Positions 9,620 to 18,897 of a DNA stretch of 32,000 nucleotides are shown here, one piece after another. Below the pieces are notes generated by a model, which saw only the letters and a program-made list of their open reading frames with translations, had not been told where the DNA came from and did not search any database. The position numbers and the translations under genes were made by a program. The stretch lies in sequence record CM120771.1; one strand, written 5' to 3'. Position 1 is the stretch's first letter. Every line of letters starts with the position of its first letter.

Positions 9620-10348
9620 GTGCGATTCGTTCTTAGATAAAGACTTTTAAAGTAATAATCTAAGGTGAAGATACAATTTGTATTTCATAACTGAATGTTA
9701 ATATAGGTGAAAGTCCTATCCTCTAGGGAAAGAGTGATGCCGATAGTGCCCAAGACTAACAAAGAAAATTGAAGGTATAAGCTGGGAAGTCACAGGGGAA
9801 TCAGAGATTTGGGTAATAAGTCACACTGCCTCTTGGTAGGTTGCTATGGTTAATGTAAAGTGAATCTTCCTAGAAAAATGTCTCACTCAAGCTAAATACA
9901 TTACCAATATGAGATTTAGCAATAATCGTAAAACTTGCACTGGTTCTACTCGGCTAAGTGCATTCCTAAGTTGATTATAGGCAAAGTGGAAGGAACCTAA
10001 GGCAACATAACAATTAACATTCGGAACGAATAAAAACGCATTCTACCTCCCCCACGGGTAGGGAGTCTTAATCAAATTCCTATATGGTAATGCGGGTAGG
10101 AGATGGCGTAATTGCCTGACGGGTTAAAGAATATAATTTCATGATAAAAGTCCATGACAAATGGATACTAAGTCCATATTGAGGAACTGAACACTTTTCA
10201 TCTTTTATCATTGAAAATATAGGAAGCTTACTTTAAGCAAAGATTGGCAATCACTTAACCCAGGAGCCGTATGCAGTGAAAGTTGCATGTACGGTTTTGA
10301 AAGGGAGTCTCACCTATAAGTTTAACGAAATGGTGTTTCGACCCGCCC
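9620..10348 (+). other. group II intron, ORF-less (no maturase), interrupting rpoA
   Basis: 5' end is GTGCG at 9620. Domain V GAGCCGTATGCAGTGAAAGTTGCATGTACGGTTT lies at 10264-10297. EBS1 TACTCG (9947-9952) sits in the loop of the TGCACT/AGTGCA stem and pairs with the last 6 exon nt, CGAGTA (9614-9619). EBS2 TCTCA (9881-9885) pairs with TGAGA (9609-9613). The A at 10341 is 8 nt from the inferred 3' end. The 3' boundary is set by restoring the RpoA frame (LRRV|LLGDLGG). Confidence 0.8.
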
Positions 10349-11155
10349 CTTCTTGGAGATTTAGGTGGGATCGCAATCTCAGCCGTTCGAATCGCAGGCG
10401 TTAGTCATGAATTTTCGATAATTCCTGGAGTTCGAGAAGATATACTTGAAATTTTATTAAATTTAAAAGGTGTTGTTTTAAATAGTAAAACAAAAGATGT
10501 TCAATTTGGGCGATTAAAAATTCAAGGGCCAACTGTTATTACAGCGGATTTAATTCAATTACCTCCAAATATGGAAATTATTAATCCTAATCATTATATT
10601 GCTACTCTTTCTACTTCTAATATTATTGAAATCGAATTTAAATTTGAATATGGGGTTGGATATCAACTAGCAACTCAAACGTTTTCGGAAGAATTAAACA
10701 ATTATTTACAACTTGATACAGTATTTATGCCCGTTCAGAAAGTTGATTTTAAAATCGAAAATGTTTACGAGATAGGCAACAATAGCAGTGAACGACTATT
10801 TCTAGATATTTGGACAAACGGAAGTATTTCACCAACTGAAGCGATTGAGTCTGCTTCGCAGATTATTATTGACTTATTTACTGTATTAACTAAAAATACA
10901 ATTAGAGATGAAAATAATCAATTTGAACCAAAATCAGATTCAATTAGTATTGAACCTTATACTAATATTGCAATTGAAGAATTGCAATTATCGGTTCGAG
11001 CGTACAATTGTTTAAAAAAAGCTCAGATAAATACCGTTGGTGATTTATTACAATATTCACCGGAAAAATTACAAGAATTAAAAAATTTTGGGCGAAAGTC
11101 TGCTGATGAAGTTTTTTCGACTTTGAAAAACAAATTAGGAATTATTCTTACTTAA
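10349..11155 (+). CDS. rpoA: RNA polymerase alpha subunit, exon 2
   Basis: The frame is open from 10349, reading LLGDLGGIAISAVRIAGVSHEFSIIPGVREDILEILLNLKG, which is highly conserved in RpoA. It continues into the track ORF 10571-11155. The spliced product is 311 aa. Confidence 0.85.
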   Translation, partial: LLGDLGGIAISAVRIAGVSHEFSIIPGVREDILEILLNLKGVVLNSKTKDVQFGRLKIQGPTVITADLIQLPPNMEIINPNHYIATLSTSNIIEIEFKFEYGVGYQLATQTFSEELNNYLQLDTVFMPVQKVDFKIENVYEIGNNSSERLFLDIWTNGSISPTEAIESASQIIIDLFTVLTKNTIRDENNQFEPKSDSISIEPYTNIAIEELQLSVRAYNCLKKAQINTVGDLLQYSPEKLQELKNFGRKSADEVFSTLKNKLGIILT

Positions 11156-11199
11156 TTATTTAGCTTTCTGTTTGATCCTTTAATAACCAAATAAAAAAT

Positions 11200-11658
11200 A
11201 TGAATTCATTAAATAAAACATTTTTACCAACTAAAGATTATAAAAATCAAAATTGGTTTCTTATTGATTGTAAAGACCAAAAATTAGGTCGATTAGCAAC
11301 ACTATTGGTTGCGTTACTTAAAGGAAAAGTAAAACCTCATTACTATCCCTCAATTGATACAGGTGATTATATTATCCTTTTAAATGCTGATTCAATTATT
11401 TTTAACCCAGAAGGAAAACAATATATTGTTTCAAATCCAGGACGTCCAGGTCATGCGTTACGAATTAAAAATGTTTCCGACTGTCTTCCAAAATTTGTAA
11501 TTGAAAGAGCAGTCAAAGGCATGCTTTCAGAAACTGAAACAAAACGTCTTATGAGACGTCTACGTATTTATAATGATCATAATCATGATCATGAGTCTCA
11601 AAATCCAATAAAAATTGATATTGCCAATTTTTATTCGCATCCTAATTTTAGTAAATAA
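11200..11658 (+). CDS. rpl13: 50S ribosomal protein L13
   Basis: 152-aa ORF with WFLIDCKDQKLGRLAT and KGMLSETETKRLMRRLRIY. Confidence 0.92.
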   Translation: MNSLNKTFLPTKDYKNQNWFLIDCKDQKLGRLATLLVALLKGKVKPHYYPSIDTGDYIILLNADSIIFNPEGKQYIVSNPGRPGHALRIKNVSDCLPKFVIERAVKGMLSETETKRLMRRLRIYNDHNHDHESQNPIKIDIANFYSHPNFSK

Positions 11659-11720
11659 AACTTAAATATTGACTTGTCTTTTCAAATTAAAACTTATAAA
11701 TAATATTAATTATTCAATTC

Positions 11721-12137
11721 ATGAAGTCTCAAAAAGAATTCGTATTTCAAAAATCTAATATCGGGCTTGGAAAACGAAAACAAGCTATTGCTCGAGTGTT
11801 TTTAATACCAGGAGAAGGAAAACTTTTTATTAATAAGGTTAACGGTGAAAAATACTTACAATACAATGATACTTATTTAAAAAGTGTTTTTGCCCCTCTA
11901 GAAAAACTAACCTTAGAAAAACAATTTGATATCGTAGCAATTGTTAAGGGAGGTGGACTTACTGGACAAGCTCAAGCAATTCAATTAGGAATCGCAAGAT
12001 TATTATCTAAGATGGATACAAAAAATCGTCTAATTTTAAAACCATTTGGTTTTTTAACTCGTGATGCAAGAATTAAAGAACGGAAAAAATATGGTTTACG
12101 AAAAGCAAGAAAGGCTCCACAATATTCAAAACGTTAA
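11721..12137 (+). CDS. rps9: 30S ribosomal protein S9
   Basis: 138-aa ORF with GKRKQAIARVFL, GGGLTGQAQAIQLGIAR and TRDARIKERKKYGLRKARKAPQYSKR. Confidence 0.93.
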   Translation: MKSQKEFVFQKSNIGLGKRKQAIARVFLIPGEGKLFINKVNGEKYLQYNDTYLKSVFAPLEKLTLEKQFDIVAIVKGGGLTGQAQAIQLGIARLLSKMDTKNRLILKPFGFLTRDARIKERKKYGLRKARKAPQYSKR

Positions 12138-12168
12138 TTTTTCTATTTATTTATTATATAAATATAAT

Positions 12169-12387
12169 ATGCCAAAATCTGATATACATCCTCGATGGTT
12201 TGAAGCTACACCAGTCTTATGTGATGGAAAACCGCTTTGTTTAATAGGTTCCACAAAATCTGAATTAAATCTCGATATTTGGTTAGCAAATCATCCATTT
12301 TATACTAAATCACAAGTTATGGTTGACAGTGAAGGTCGAGTTGAGAAATTTATGAAAAAATATCGATTAGATATGTCTGACCAATAA
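12169..12387 (+). CDS. rpl31: 50S ribosomal protein L31
   Basis: The internal ATG at 12169 gives MPKSDIHPRWFE and HPFYT, both typical of L31 (72 aa). The track start at 12061 overlaps rps9. Confidence 0.88.
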   Translation: MPKSDIHPRWFEATPVLCDGKPLCLIGSTKSELNLDIWLANHPFYTKSQVMVDSEGRVEKFMKKYRLDMSDQ

Positions 12388-12446
12388 TTTACTAGCAGTA
12401 AATTCGTAAAATTTTATTAAATCTAACTTATTGAGAACTACTTTTT

Positions 12447-12827
12447 ATGCCAACTATTCAACAATTAGTTCGTTTACAACGTATCCAAATAAAAAAAAAA
12501 ACAAAATCACCAGCATTGGTAAATTGTCCACAAAGACGTGGGGTTTGCACACGTGTGTATACGACCACGCCAAAAAAACCAAATTCAGCAATTAGAAAAG
12601 TGGCACGGGTACGTTTAACTTCCGGTTTTGAAGTTACAGCTTACATTCCTGGAATTGGACATAATCTGCAAGAACATTCAGTTGTTTTAATCCGCGGAGG
12701 TCGAGTTAAAGATTTACCTGGTGTTCGATATCATATTGTTCGTGGTGCTTTAGATACTGGAGGAGTAAAAAATAGAACACAAGGTCGTTCAAAGTATGGT
12801 GTTAAGAAACCAAAAGCTGAAAAATAA
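12447..12827 (+). CDS. rps12: 30S ribosomal protein S12
   Basis: 126-aa ORF starting MPTIQQLVR and containing [24 protein letters not shown]. Confidence 0.97.
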   Translation: MPTIQQLVRLQRIQIKKKTKSPALVNCPQRRGVCTRVYTTTPKKPNSAIRKVARVRLTSGFEVTAYIPGIGHNLQEHSVVLIRGGRVKDLPGVRYHIVRGALDTGGVKNRTQGRSKYGVKKPKAEK

Positions 12828-12867
12828 AACTAATTTTTAAATAAAAAGAAACTTTACAAAATCTAAC

Positions 12868-13338
12868 ATGTCGCGTAGAAATATTTCAAAAAAACGGTTC
12901 CCTCAAATGGATCCAATTTATAACAGCTATTTAGTTAGTTTATTAATTACTAGAATTTTAAAATCAGGAAAAAAAACGATTGCTCGAAGTATTGTATATC
13001 AAGCATTTGATATGATAGAAAAGAAAACTAAGCAAGATCCCTTAACTATTTTTGAAAAAGCAATCAAAAATGCTAGTCCTATTGTTGAAGTAAAAGCTCG
13101 ACGAGTTGGGGGTTCTACTTATCAAGTTCCTGTCGAAGTTAGTGGTTTTAGAGCTACAAATTTAGCTTTACGTTGGATTATTAGATATGCTGATCAAAGG
13201 GTTGGACGTAGTATGTCAATAAAGTTAGCAAATGAAATTATTGACACAGCTAACGATATCGGTAATACTGTAAAAAAAAAAGAAGAAACACATAAAATGG
13301 CAGAAGCTAATAAAGCTTTTGCTCATTTCCGCTATTAA
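12868..13338 (+). CDS. rps7: 30S ribosomal protein S7
   Basis: 156-aa ORF with [19 protein letters not shown] and NKAFAHFRY. Confidence 0.96.
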   Translation: MSRRNISKKRFPQMDPIYNSYLVSLLITRILKSGKKTIARSIVYQAFDMIEKKTKQDPLTIFEKAIKNASPIVEVKARRVGGSTYQVPVEVSGFRATNLALRWIIRYADQRVGRSMSIKLANEIIDTANDIGNTVKKKEETHKMAEANKAFAHFRY

Positions 13339-13410
13339 TTTTAATTTCTTCTCGCTAAAAGCTGAAAGATAAAAAAGAATTTAAAAAAAAAACTTGGAAG
13401 GAACTCTCTC

Positions 13411-14640
13411 ATGGCACGTGAAAAATTTGAACGTACAAAACCGCATGTTAATATTGGAACAATTGGTCACGTAGATCATGGGAAAACAACATTAACTGCA
13501 GCCATTACTGCAACTTTAGCATTATCTGGAAATGCAGTCGCTAAGGCTTACTCAGATATTGATGGTGCACCTGAAGAAAGAGCACGTGGAATTACAATCA
13601 ATACAGCACACGTTGAATATGAAACTGACAATAGACATTATGCTCATGTAGACTGCCCAGGTCACGCTGATTATGTAAAAAATATGATTACAGGGGCAGC
13701 TCAAATGGATGGAGCAATTTTAGTAGTATCAGCTGCGGATGGTCCTATGCCACAAACTCGTGAACATATTTTATTATCAAAACAAGTTGGGGTTCCAAAT
13801 ATTGTTGTTTTTTTAAATAAAGAAGATCAAGTTGATGATGCTGAATTATTAGAATTAGTTGAATTAGAAGTTCGAGAATTACTTTCAACTTATGATTTCC
13901 CTGGAGACGATATTCCAATTTGTCCCGGTTCAGCTTTACAAGCTATTGAAGCAATTACATCAAACCCAACTGTTAAACGAGGCGAAAATGAGTGGGTTGA
14001 TAAAATTTTTGCTTTAATGGATGCAGTAGATGAATATATTCCAACTCCAGAGCGTGATACAGAGAAAACATTTTTAATGGCGATTGAAGACGTTTTTTCA
14101 ATTACAGGTCGTGGTACAGTAGCAACGGGTCGAATTGACCGTGGTATTGCTAAAGTTGGTGATAGTGTTGAGATTGTGGGTATTAGTACAACAAAAACAA
14201 CAACAATTACTGGTATTGAAATGTTCCAAAAAACATTGGAAGAAGGATTTGCTGGTGACAATGTAGGTATCTTATTACGAGGTATAACACGTGAAAATAT
14301 TGAACGTGGTATGGTAATAGCGAAGCCAGGTACTATTACACCACATACAAGCTTTGAATCAGAAGTTTATGTTTTAACAAAAGAAGAAGGTGGTCGTCAT
14401 ACACCATTTTTCACTGGTTATAGACCACAATTTTATGTAAGAACTACTGATGTTACAGGTGCAATTACACAATTTACTGCTGATGATGGATCAGTCGTTG
14501 AAATGGTAATGCCAGGAGATCGTATTAAAATGACAGCTGAATTAATTTATCCTGTAGCAATTGAAGAAGGTATGCGCTTTGCAATTCGTGAAGGTGGCCG
14601 AACAATTGGAGCAGGTGTAGTTTCTAAAATTGTTAAATAA
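13411..14640 (+). CDS. tufA: translation elongation factor Tu
   Basis: 409-aa ORF with [18 protein letters not shown] and NKEDQVDD GTPase motifs. Confidence 0.98.
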   Translation: MAREKFERTKPHVNIGTIGHVDHGKTTLTAAITATLALSGNAVAKAYSDIDGAPEERARGITINTAHVEYETDNRHYAHVDCPGHADYVKNMITGAAQMDGAILVVSAADGPMPQTREHILLSKQVGVPNIVVFLNKEDQVDDAELLELVELEVRELLSTYDFPGDDIPICPGSALQAIEAITSNPTVKRGENEWVDKIFALMDAVDEYIPTPERDTEKTFLMAIEDVFSITGRGTVATGRIDRGIAKVGDSVEIVGISTTKTTTITGIEMFQKTLEEGFAGDNVGILLRGITRENIERGMVIAKPGTITPHTSFESEVYVLTKEEGGRHTPFFTGYRPQFYVRTTDVTGAITQFTADDGSVVEMVMPGDRIKMTAELIYPVAIEEGMRFAIREGGRTIGAGVVSKIVK

Positions 14641-14652
14641 TTAAAAATTTTT

Positions 14653-14976
14653 ATGAAAGTAAAAACGAATGCAAAGATTCGTGTAAGATTAGAATCTTTT
14701 AATCCTGAGATTTTAACATCATCCTGTCAAAAGATTCTAAACATTTTGCAGAATATTCCTTTGAGTTCAGTTGGGGTAGTTTCATTACCAACTCAAAAGC
14801 GAATTTACTGTGTTTTACGATCACCTCATGTAGATAAAGATTCAAGAGAACATTTTGAAATTCGGATTCATAAACGAATTTTAGAAATTTATTATGACTC
14901 AGAAGTACCCATTTTTGATTTATTAGCAGAAGCAGATTTGCCATCAGGAGTTTTTTATCGTATTTGTTTATCTTAA
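14653..14976 (+). CDS. rps10: 30S ribosomal protein S10
   Basis: 107-aa ORF with IRVRLESF, LRSPHVDKDSREHFE and HKRIL. Follows tufA as in the str operon. Confidence 0.93.
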   Translation: MKVKTNAKIRVRLESFNPEILTSSCQKILNILQNIPLSSVGVVSLPTQKRIYCVLRSPHVDKDSREHFEIRIHKRILEIYYDSEVPIFDLLAEADLPSGVFYRICLS

Positions 14977-15304
14977 AAGGTAAATAAATAAGATAATTTC
15001 AAGTTTAAGAAAAAAATCGAAGTTAAAAAAACTCTGAACAAATAGTCGCAAATCTATCCTTTTAGCTATGGTTCTGCGATAAGGGCTGATCAAAATTTGA
15101 AAAAGTATGGTCCTAAGGTATTAAAATTAGCATTGTTGGTTTTGTCGATCAATTGTGAACAGAAATTATGTAAGTCAGGGTGTAAAACAAACATTGAATA
15201 TAATGCTAAAGACCGCTCTTACTAAACCCTCATTATTTCTATTTGGCGTTATTATTCGATTCCATTATTTGAAGACCTCTAGTTGTTGAAGATGTTTCAA
15301 AGTT

Positions 15305-15358
15305 AAATAACAAATAATCACAAAATAATCTAAAATAGAAATTGATTATTTGTTATTT
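15305..15358. repeat. perfect 16-bp inverted repeat (stem-loop, 22-nt loop)
   Basis: AAATAACAAATAATCA (15305-15320) is the exact reverse complement of TGATTATTTGTTATTT (15343-15358). Confidence 0.6.
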
Positions 15359-15438
15359 TCATAGCGGCGGCGTTTTTTGAAAAATATCTGAGGAGGATCG
15401 TGAGAGTTTCAATTTATGCTGAAAATTTTATTAACAAG

Positions 15439-15768
15439 CTAGTAATCCTTAACAATTGTGAGTCCGCATGAACATATAAGAGTAGGTGCTGATTTTAATG
15501 CAATAGCACACCATGGCCTAGCATTTTCTGTTAATGCCTTATTGATTACTTGGCGAATTTTAGAACTGTCATTACAATTCTTCAACGCATCACAAATACC
15601 TTTTACTTTAGAATTGTCATATGTCATTGAATTACATTTATCCAGTTGGTTTATGGTATCAGGGGCAAATTCTACTTGTGCATCAGTAAAACTTTCCATC
15701 GCAAAATAAATGTGAAAACTTCTACTCAAAATTTTTAAAATAACCATACTATAAATGTACATATTCAC
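15439..15768 (-). CDS. hypothetical Cys-rich protein (109 aa, or 86 aa from the ATG at 15699)
   Basis: Only sizeable ORF in the 1.4-kb gap after rps10. It is visibly less AT-rich than its flanks and contains NARPWCAIALKSAPTLICSCG. No family is recognised with confidence. Confidence 0.25.
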   Translation of the reverse strand: MNMYIYSMVILKILSRSFHIYFAMESFTDAQVEFAPDTINQLDKCNSMTYDNSKVKGICDALKNCNDSSKIRQVINKALTENARPWCAIALKSAPTLICSCGLTIVKDY

Positions 15769-16412
15769 TCGCCTTTTAAGTTTGATAAACGACGTACTTT
15801 GAATGAGGGTTCTTCTATTTGGAAATATAAGTTTTTTTTAACCATAAGAAAGTAGGTTTTATTAAGTAATATGATTCGTCATAGGACTCTATTAGATCTA
15901 ATTGTTATTTGACCCAAACGGTTCCAGTTCCAGTTAGTAATTTGGATACATCAGTCATTAGAGTCAGGGGAACTAATGGGTTTTGTAATTCTAGGATTAT
16001 ATATATTTGCGTTAATTAGATTCAAATTTAAGAAGTTTCAATCTAAAATTATGTTAATACTGTAAAAAGAATCAAGTATAATTTCTTTTATTATAAATAT
16101 CTAATATTTTATTATTCGATGAATCTGTTCCTTCTTGTAGTGAATCAGATTATGATCTATTTTATAATTCGACTGATATCATCAATCAATTTCCCAAAGA
16201 TTAATTTTATTTTTAAAATTAGAAAAAATTTCAAAATACTCTATACCTTAAACCATGTAATTGAACCAATCATTCTCATTTGTTGAAACTAAGAAATATT
16301 TTGAAGATATAACGACTTCTATTATACATGAAAATATTTAGTAGTTTCAATAAAAATTCCAAATCTAACAACCAATTCATTTTTTGTAATTTTTTTATTT
16401 AAAAAAACCAGG

Positions 16413-17351
16413 TTAAGATAACCAACCGTAACTATGCAATCCTTTCCCTAAAAAATTAACTCCTAAATAACAAATCCAAATAACAAAGAAACCTAAACTA
16501 CCTAAAAGAGCTGTTTTTTTACCTTCCCAACCTTTTGTAATGCGAGCATGCAAATAAGTTGCGAAAACCAGCCATGTTATTAGTGCCCAAGTTTCTTTCG
16601 GATCCCAACTCCAATAGGAACCCCATGCTTCATTAGCCCAAACGCCTCCTGAAATAATTCCGATTGTTAAGAAGGGGAATCCTAATCCAATAATTCTATA
16701 ACTCCAATTATCAATACTCTGTAAAAGTTTAAGTTTACCTAATTCTGAAATTTCAGTTGATGGAGCCAATAATTTAGCTTCGTAATAATCTAACATTATA
16801 TTGTATAACGGTAATGAAGAATTATCAATAATTTTTAACTCAACATCTTTAAACCGTGAAATAACTAAAAATAAAATGCATAGCAAGGAACCCATTATTA
16901 ATGTTCCATAGCTTAATAACATCATACTAACATGCAGCATTAACCAATTGGATTGCAATGCTGGAACTAAGGGACTTGATTTTTGCATTTCTGGGGAAAG
17001 TGTTAAGTTGGCAAATCCGTTTATTAATAATGTAACTGGAATTAGAATAGATCCAATTAGTTTACTTTTTGTTTTTGCTTCAATATATAAATAAATTGTT
17101 AATAACATGCATGTTAAAAACAATAATGATTCATATAAATTACTTAAAGGAAAATAACCAGCTACTATCCAGCGGGAAGAAAGAATAAAAACTAAAATGG
17201 TATTAGCTGTAATTGTACTAAATCGACCAATGTTGGCTAATAACTTTGAATCACTGAACAATGATAAGTTAACCCAATAAATGATCATAGCACATAGTAA
17301 AATTCCAAAAACTATGTTTGATGAAAAGTTTTGAATTTCATTCCAATCCAT
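16413..17351 (-). CDS. ccsA: cytochrome c biogenesis protein CcsA (heme attachment)
   Basis: 312-aa polytopic ORF with the Trp-rich WANEAWGSYWSWDPKETW motif characteristic of CcsA/ycf5. Confidence 0.9.
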   Translation of the reverse strand: MDWNEIQNFSSNIVFGILLCAMIIYWVNLSLFSDSKLLANIGRFSTITANTILVFILSSRWIVAGYFPLSNLYESLLFLTCMLLTIYLYIEAKTKSKLIGSILIPVTLLINGFANLTLSPEMQKSSPLVPALQSNWLMLHVSMMLLSYGTLIMGSLLCILFLVISRFKDVELKIIDNSSLPLYNIMLDYYEAKLLAPSTEISELGKLKLLQSIDNWSYRIIGLGFPFLTIGIISGGVWANEAWGSYWSWDPKETWALITWLVFATYLHARITKGWEGKKTALLGSLGFFVIWICYLGVNFLGKGLHSYGWLS

Positions 17352-17554
17352 TAAATTTCTCCAATAAAAATTTTTATATAAATTATTTCCTACTATACCA
17401 TTATAGTAAAAAATTAAAGCATTTTATCTACTTTGTTAAGTAAGATTTAAAATTCAACTTAGTAAATTTAAATTTGATTTCTAGAGAGATTAAAGAAATA
17501 GGAAATCTGAACTTTTCAAAATTTCAAAAGACAGAAAAGAAATAAAAATTCTAA

Positions 17555-17584
17555 TTGACATTCATTTGTAATTACAAGTAGTAT
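17555..17584 (+). promoter_or_regulatory. candidate sigma70-type (PEP) promoter upstream of rps6
   Basis: TTGACA (17555-17560), an 18-nt spacer, then TAGTAT (17579-17584), 30 nt before the rps6 ATG. Confidence 0.4.
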
Positions 17585-17613
17585 AAGGTTAATTTTGAGA
17601 AGTTTAAACTATT

Positions 17614-17904
17614 ATGTTAAGAAAATATGAAATAATGATTCTTTTGACAGAAGAATTTAATGATAGCGAATTAAAAACTTGGGTCTTCAATTATGCAAAG
17701 AATTTGCGGAAATTTAGTGTTTGCGATATTTCTGTAATTTCACGTGGGAAACATAATTTAGCTTATCCAATTGACAATAAAGCAAAAGGTAATTACATTC
17801 AACTTAATTTTTCAAGTATGCCAAAATATATAAGTAATTTTGCAAATATTTTAAAACTGGACTCGAATGTTTTACGATTTTTAGTTTTTAATAAACAATT
17901 ATAA
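17614..17904 (+). CDS. rps6: 30S ribosomal protein S6
   Basis: 96-aa ORF starting MLRKYEIMILL and containing RGKHNLAYPI, typical of S6. Confidence 0.88.
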   Translation: MLRKYEIMILLTEEFNDSELKTWVFNYAKNLRKFSVCDISVISRGKHNLAYPIDNKAKGNYIQLNFSSMPKYISNFANILKLDSNVLRFLVFNKQL

Positions 17905-17932
17905 TTTTATTAAAATATTTTAATAAAATTAT
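17901..17932. terminator. A/T-only 32-nt palindrome just after rps6
   Basis: ATAATTTTATTAAAAT / ATTTTAATAAAATTAT is self-complementary. It is A/T-only, so its stability and function are uncertain. Confidence 0.3.
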
Positions 17933-17977
17933 TTGTCATTATCGAAAAACTATGTTAAGATATGTTTAGTTATTATA

Positions 17978-18049
17978 TCCTCAGTAGCTCAGTGGTAGAG
18001 CAATCGGCTGTTAACCGATTGGCCGTAGGTTCAAGTCCTACCTGGGGAG
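17978..18049 (+). tRNA. trnN: tRNA-Asn (anticodon GUU)
   Basis: Hand-folded cloverleaf: acceptor TCCTCAG/CTGGGGA, D arm GCTC-AGTGGTA-GAGC, anticodon arm ATCGG-CTGTTAA-CCGAT, T arm GTAGG-TTCAAGT-CCTAC. Confidence 0.93.
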
Positions 18050-18071
18050 TAATTAGTAAAATTAGAGATCG

Positions 18072-18893
18072 ATGAAAGAAGAATTAGATAAATTAAAAAT
18101 TGGCAATAAATTTTTTACTTCTCGTCTAATGTTAGGCACAGGAAAATATAGAACAACAAAGGATGCAATTAATAGTATTAAAAATAGTGAATGTGAAATC
18201 GTAACGGTTGCAATTAGAAGACTCCCAACAGATTTAAAAAATGATAGTACAAATTTCTTAAATGAATTAGATTGGAAGAAGCTATGGTTATTACCAAATA
18301 CAGCAGGTTCTCAAACCGCTGAAGAAGCAATACGGATGGCTTTTTTGGGTCATGAGTTAGCATGTCAAATTGGACAAGAAGAAAATTTTTTTGTCAAACT
18401 AGAAGTTATTTCGGATCCTAAATATTTATTACCAGATCCAATTGGAACTTTAAAAGCTGCGGAATTCTTAATTAAAAAAGGTTTTACGGTTTTACCATAT
18501 ATAAATGCTGACCCTATGTTAGCATTACATTTAGAAGATTTAGGTTGTGCGACAGTCATGCCTTTAGGATCACCTATTGGATCTGGGCAAGGATTAAATA
18601 ATTTAAGTAATATTCAAATTATAATAGAAAATGCTAATATCCCAGTTATTATTGATGCTGGTATTGGGACTTCAAGTGAAGCGACTCAAGCGATGGAAAT
18701 TGGTGCAGATGCGGTTTTATTAAATACAGCTGTTGCTCAATCAAAAAATCCGCAACAAATGGCTTTAGCAATGAAGTTGGGTGTTCAAGCTGGTCGTTTA
18801 GCCTATTTATCTGGGAGAATGGAAAAACGACATTATGCAAGTGCAAGTTCCCCACTAAATCAAATTAGTATCAGAAAAATAAAAAAATTTTAA
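18072..18893 (+). CDS. thiG: thiazole synthase ThiG
   Basis: 273-aa ORF with [38 protein letters not shown] and [10 protein letters not shown], all typical of ThiG. Confidence 0.93.
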   Translation: MKEELDKLKIGNKFFTSRLMLGTGKYRTTKDAINSIKNSECEIVTVAIRRLPTDLKNDSTNFLNELDWKKLWLLPNTAGSQTAEEAIRMAFLGHELACQIGQEENFFVKLEVISDPKYLLPDPIGTLKAAEFLIKKGFTVLPYINADPMLALHLEDLGCATVMPLGSPIGSGQGLNNLSNIQIIIENANIPVIIDAGIGTSSEATQAMEIGADAVLLNTAVAQSKNPQQMALAMKLGVQAGRLAYLSGRMEKRHYASASSPLNQISIRKIKKF

Positions 18894-18897
18894 AATC

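Noticed and set aside
9434-9640. Track ORF of 68 aa overlapping the end of rps11 and ending VRFVLR-stop
   Set aside because: It is not a separate gene. Its middle part from the ATG at 9491 is rpoA exon 1, and its last 6 codons are read-through into the group II intron (GTGCG at 9620).
12061-12168. Upstream start for the rpl31 ORF inside rps9
   Set aside because: This is overlap with rps9. The conserved L31 N-terminus, MPKSDIHP, starts at 12169.
13890-14261. 123-aa ORF antisense to tufA. Similar antisense or alternate-frame ORFs lie at 680-901, 2455-2670, 2998-3240, 4263-4481, 5613-5843, 14699-14944, 15458-15709, 18365-18559, 18649-18855, 20686-20883, 20923-21120, 21460-21825, 26711-26911, 27767-28000 and 29480-29671.
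   Set aside because: These are shadow ORFs inside well-supported conserved genes and have no independent support.
15211-15231. Minus-strand GAGGGUUUAGUAAGAGCGGUC, resembling the RNase P RNA segment GGUAAGAGCG
   Set aside because: It is only a 9-nt exact match, which is expected by chance in a window this size. No CR-I (GGAAAGUCC) or P4 3'-strand (ACAGAA..GGCUUA) is present in the right orientation and spacing.
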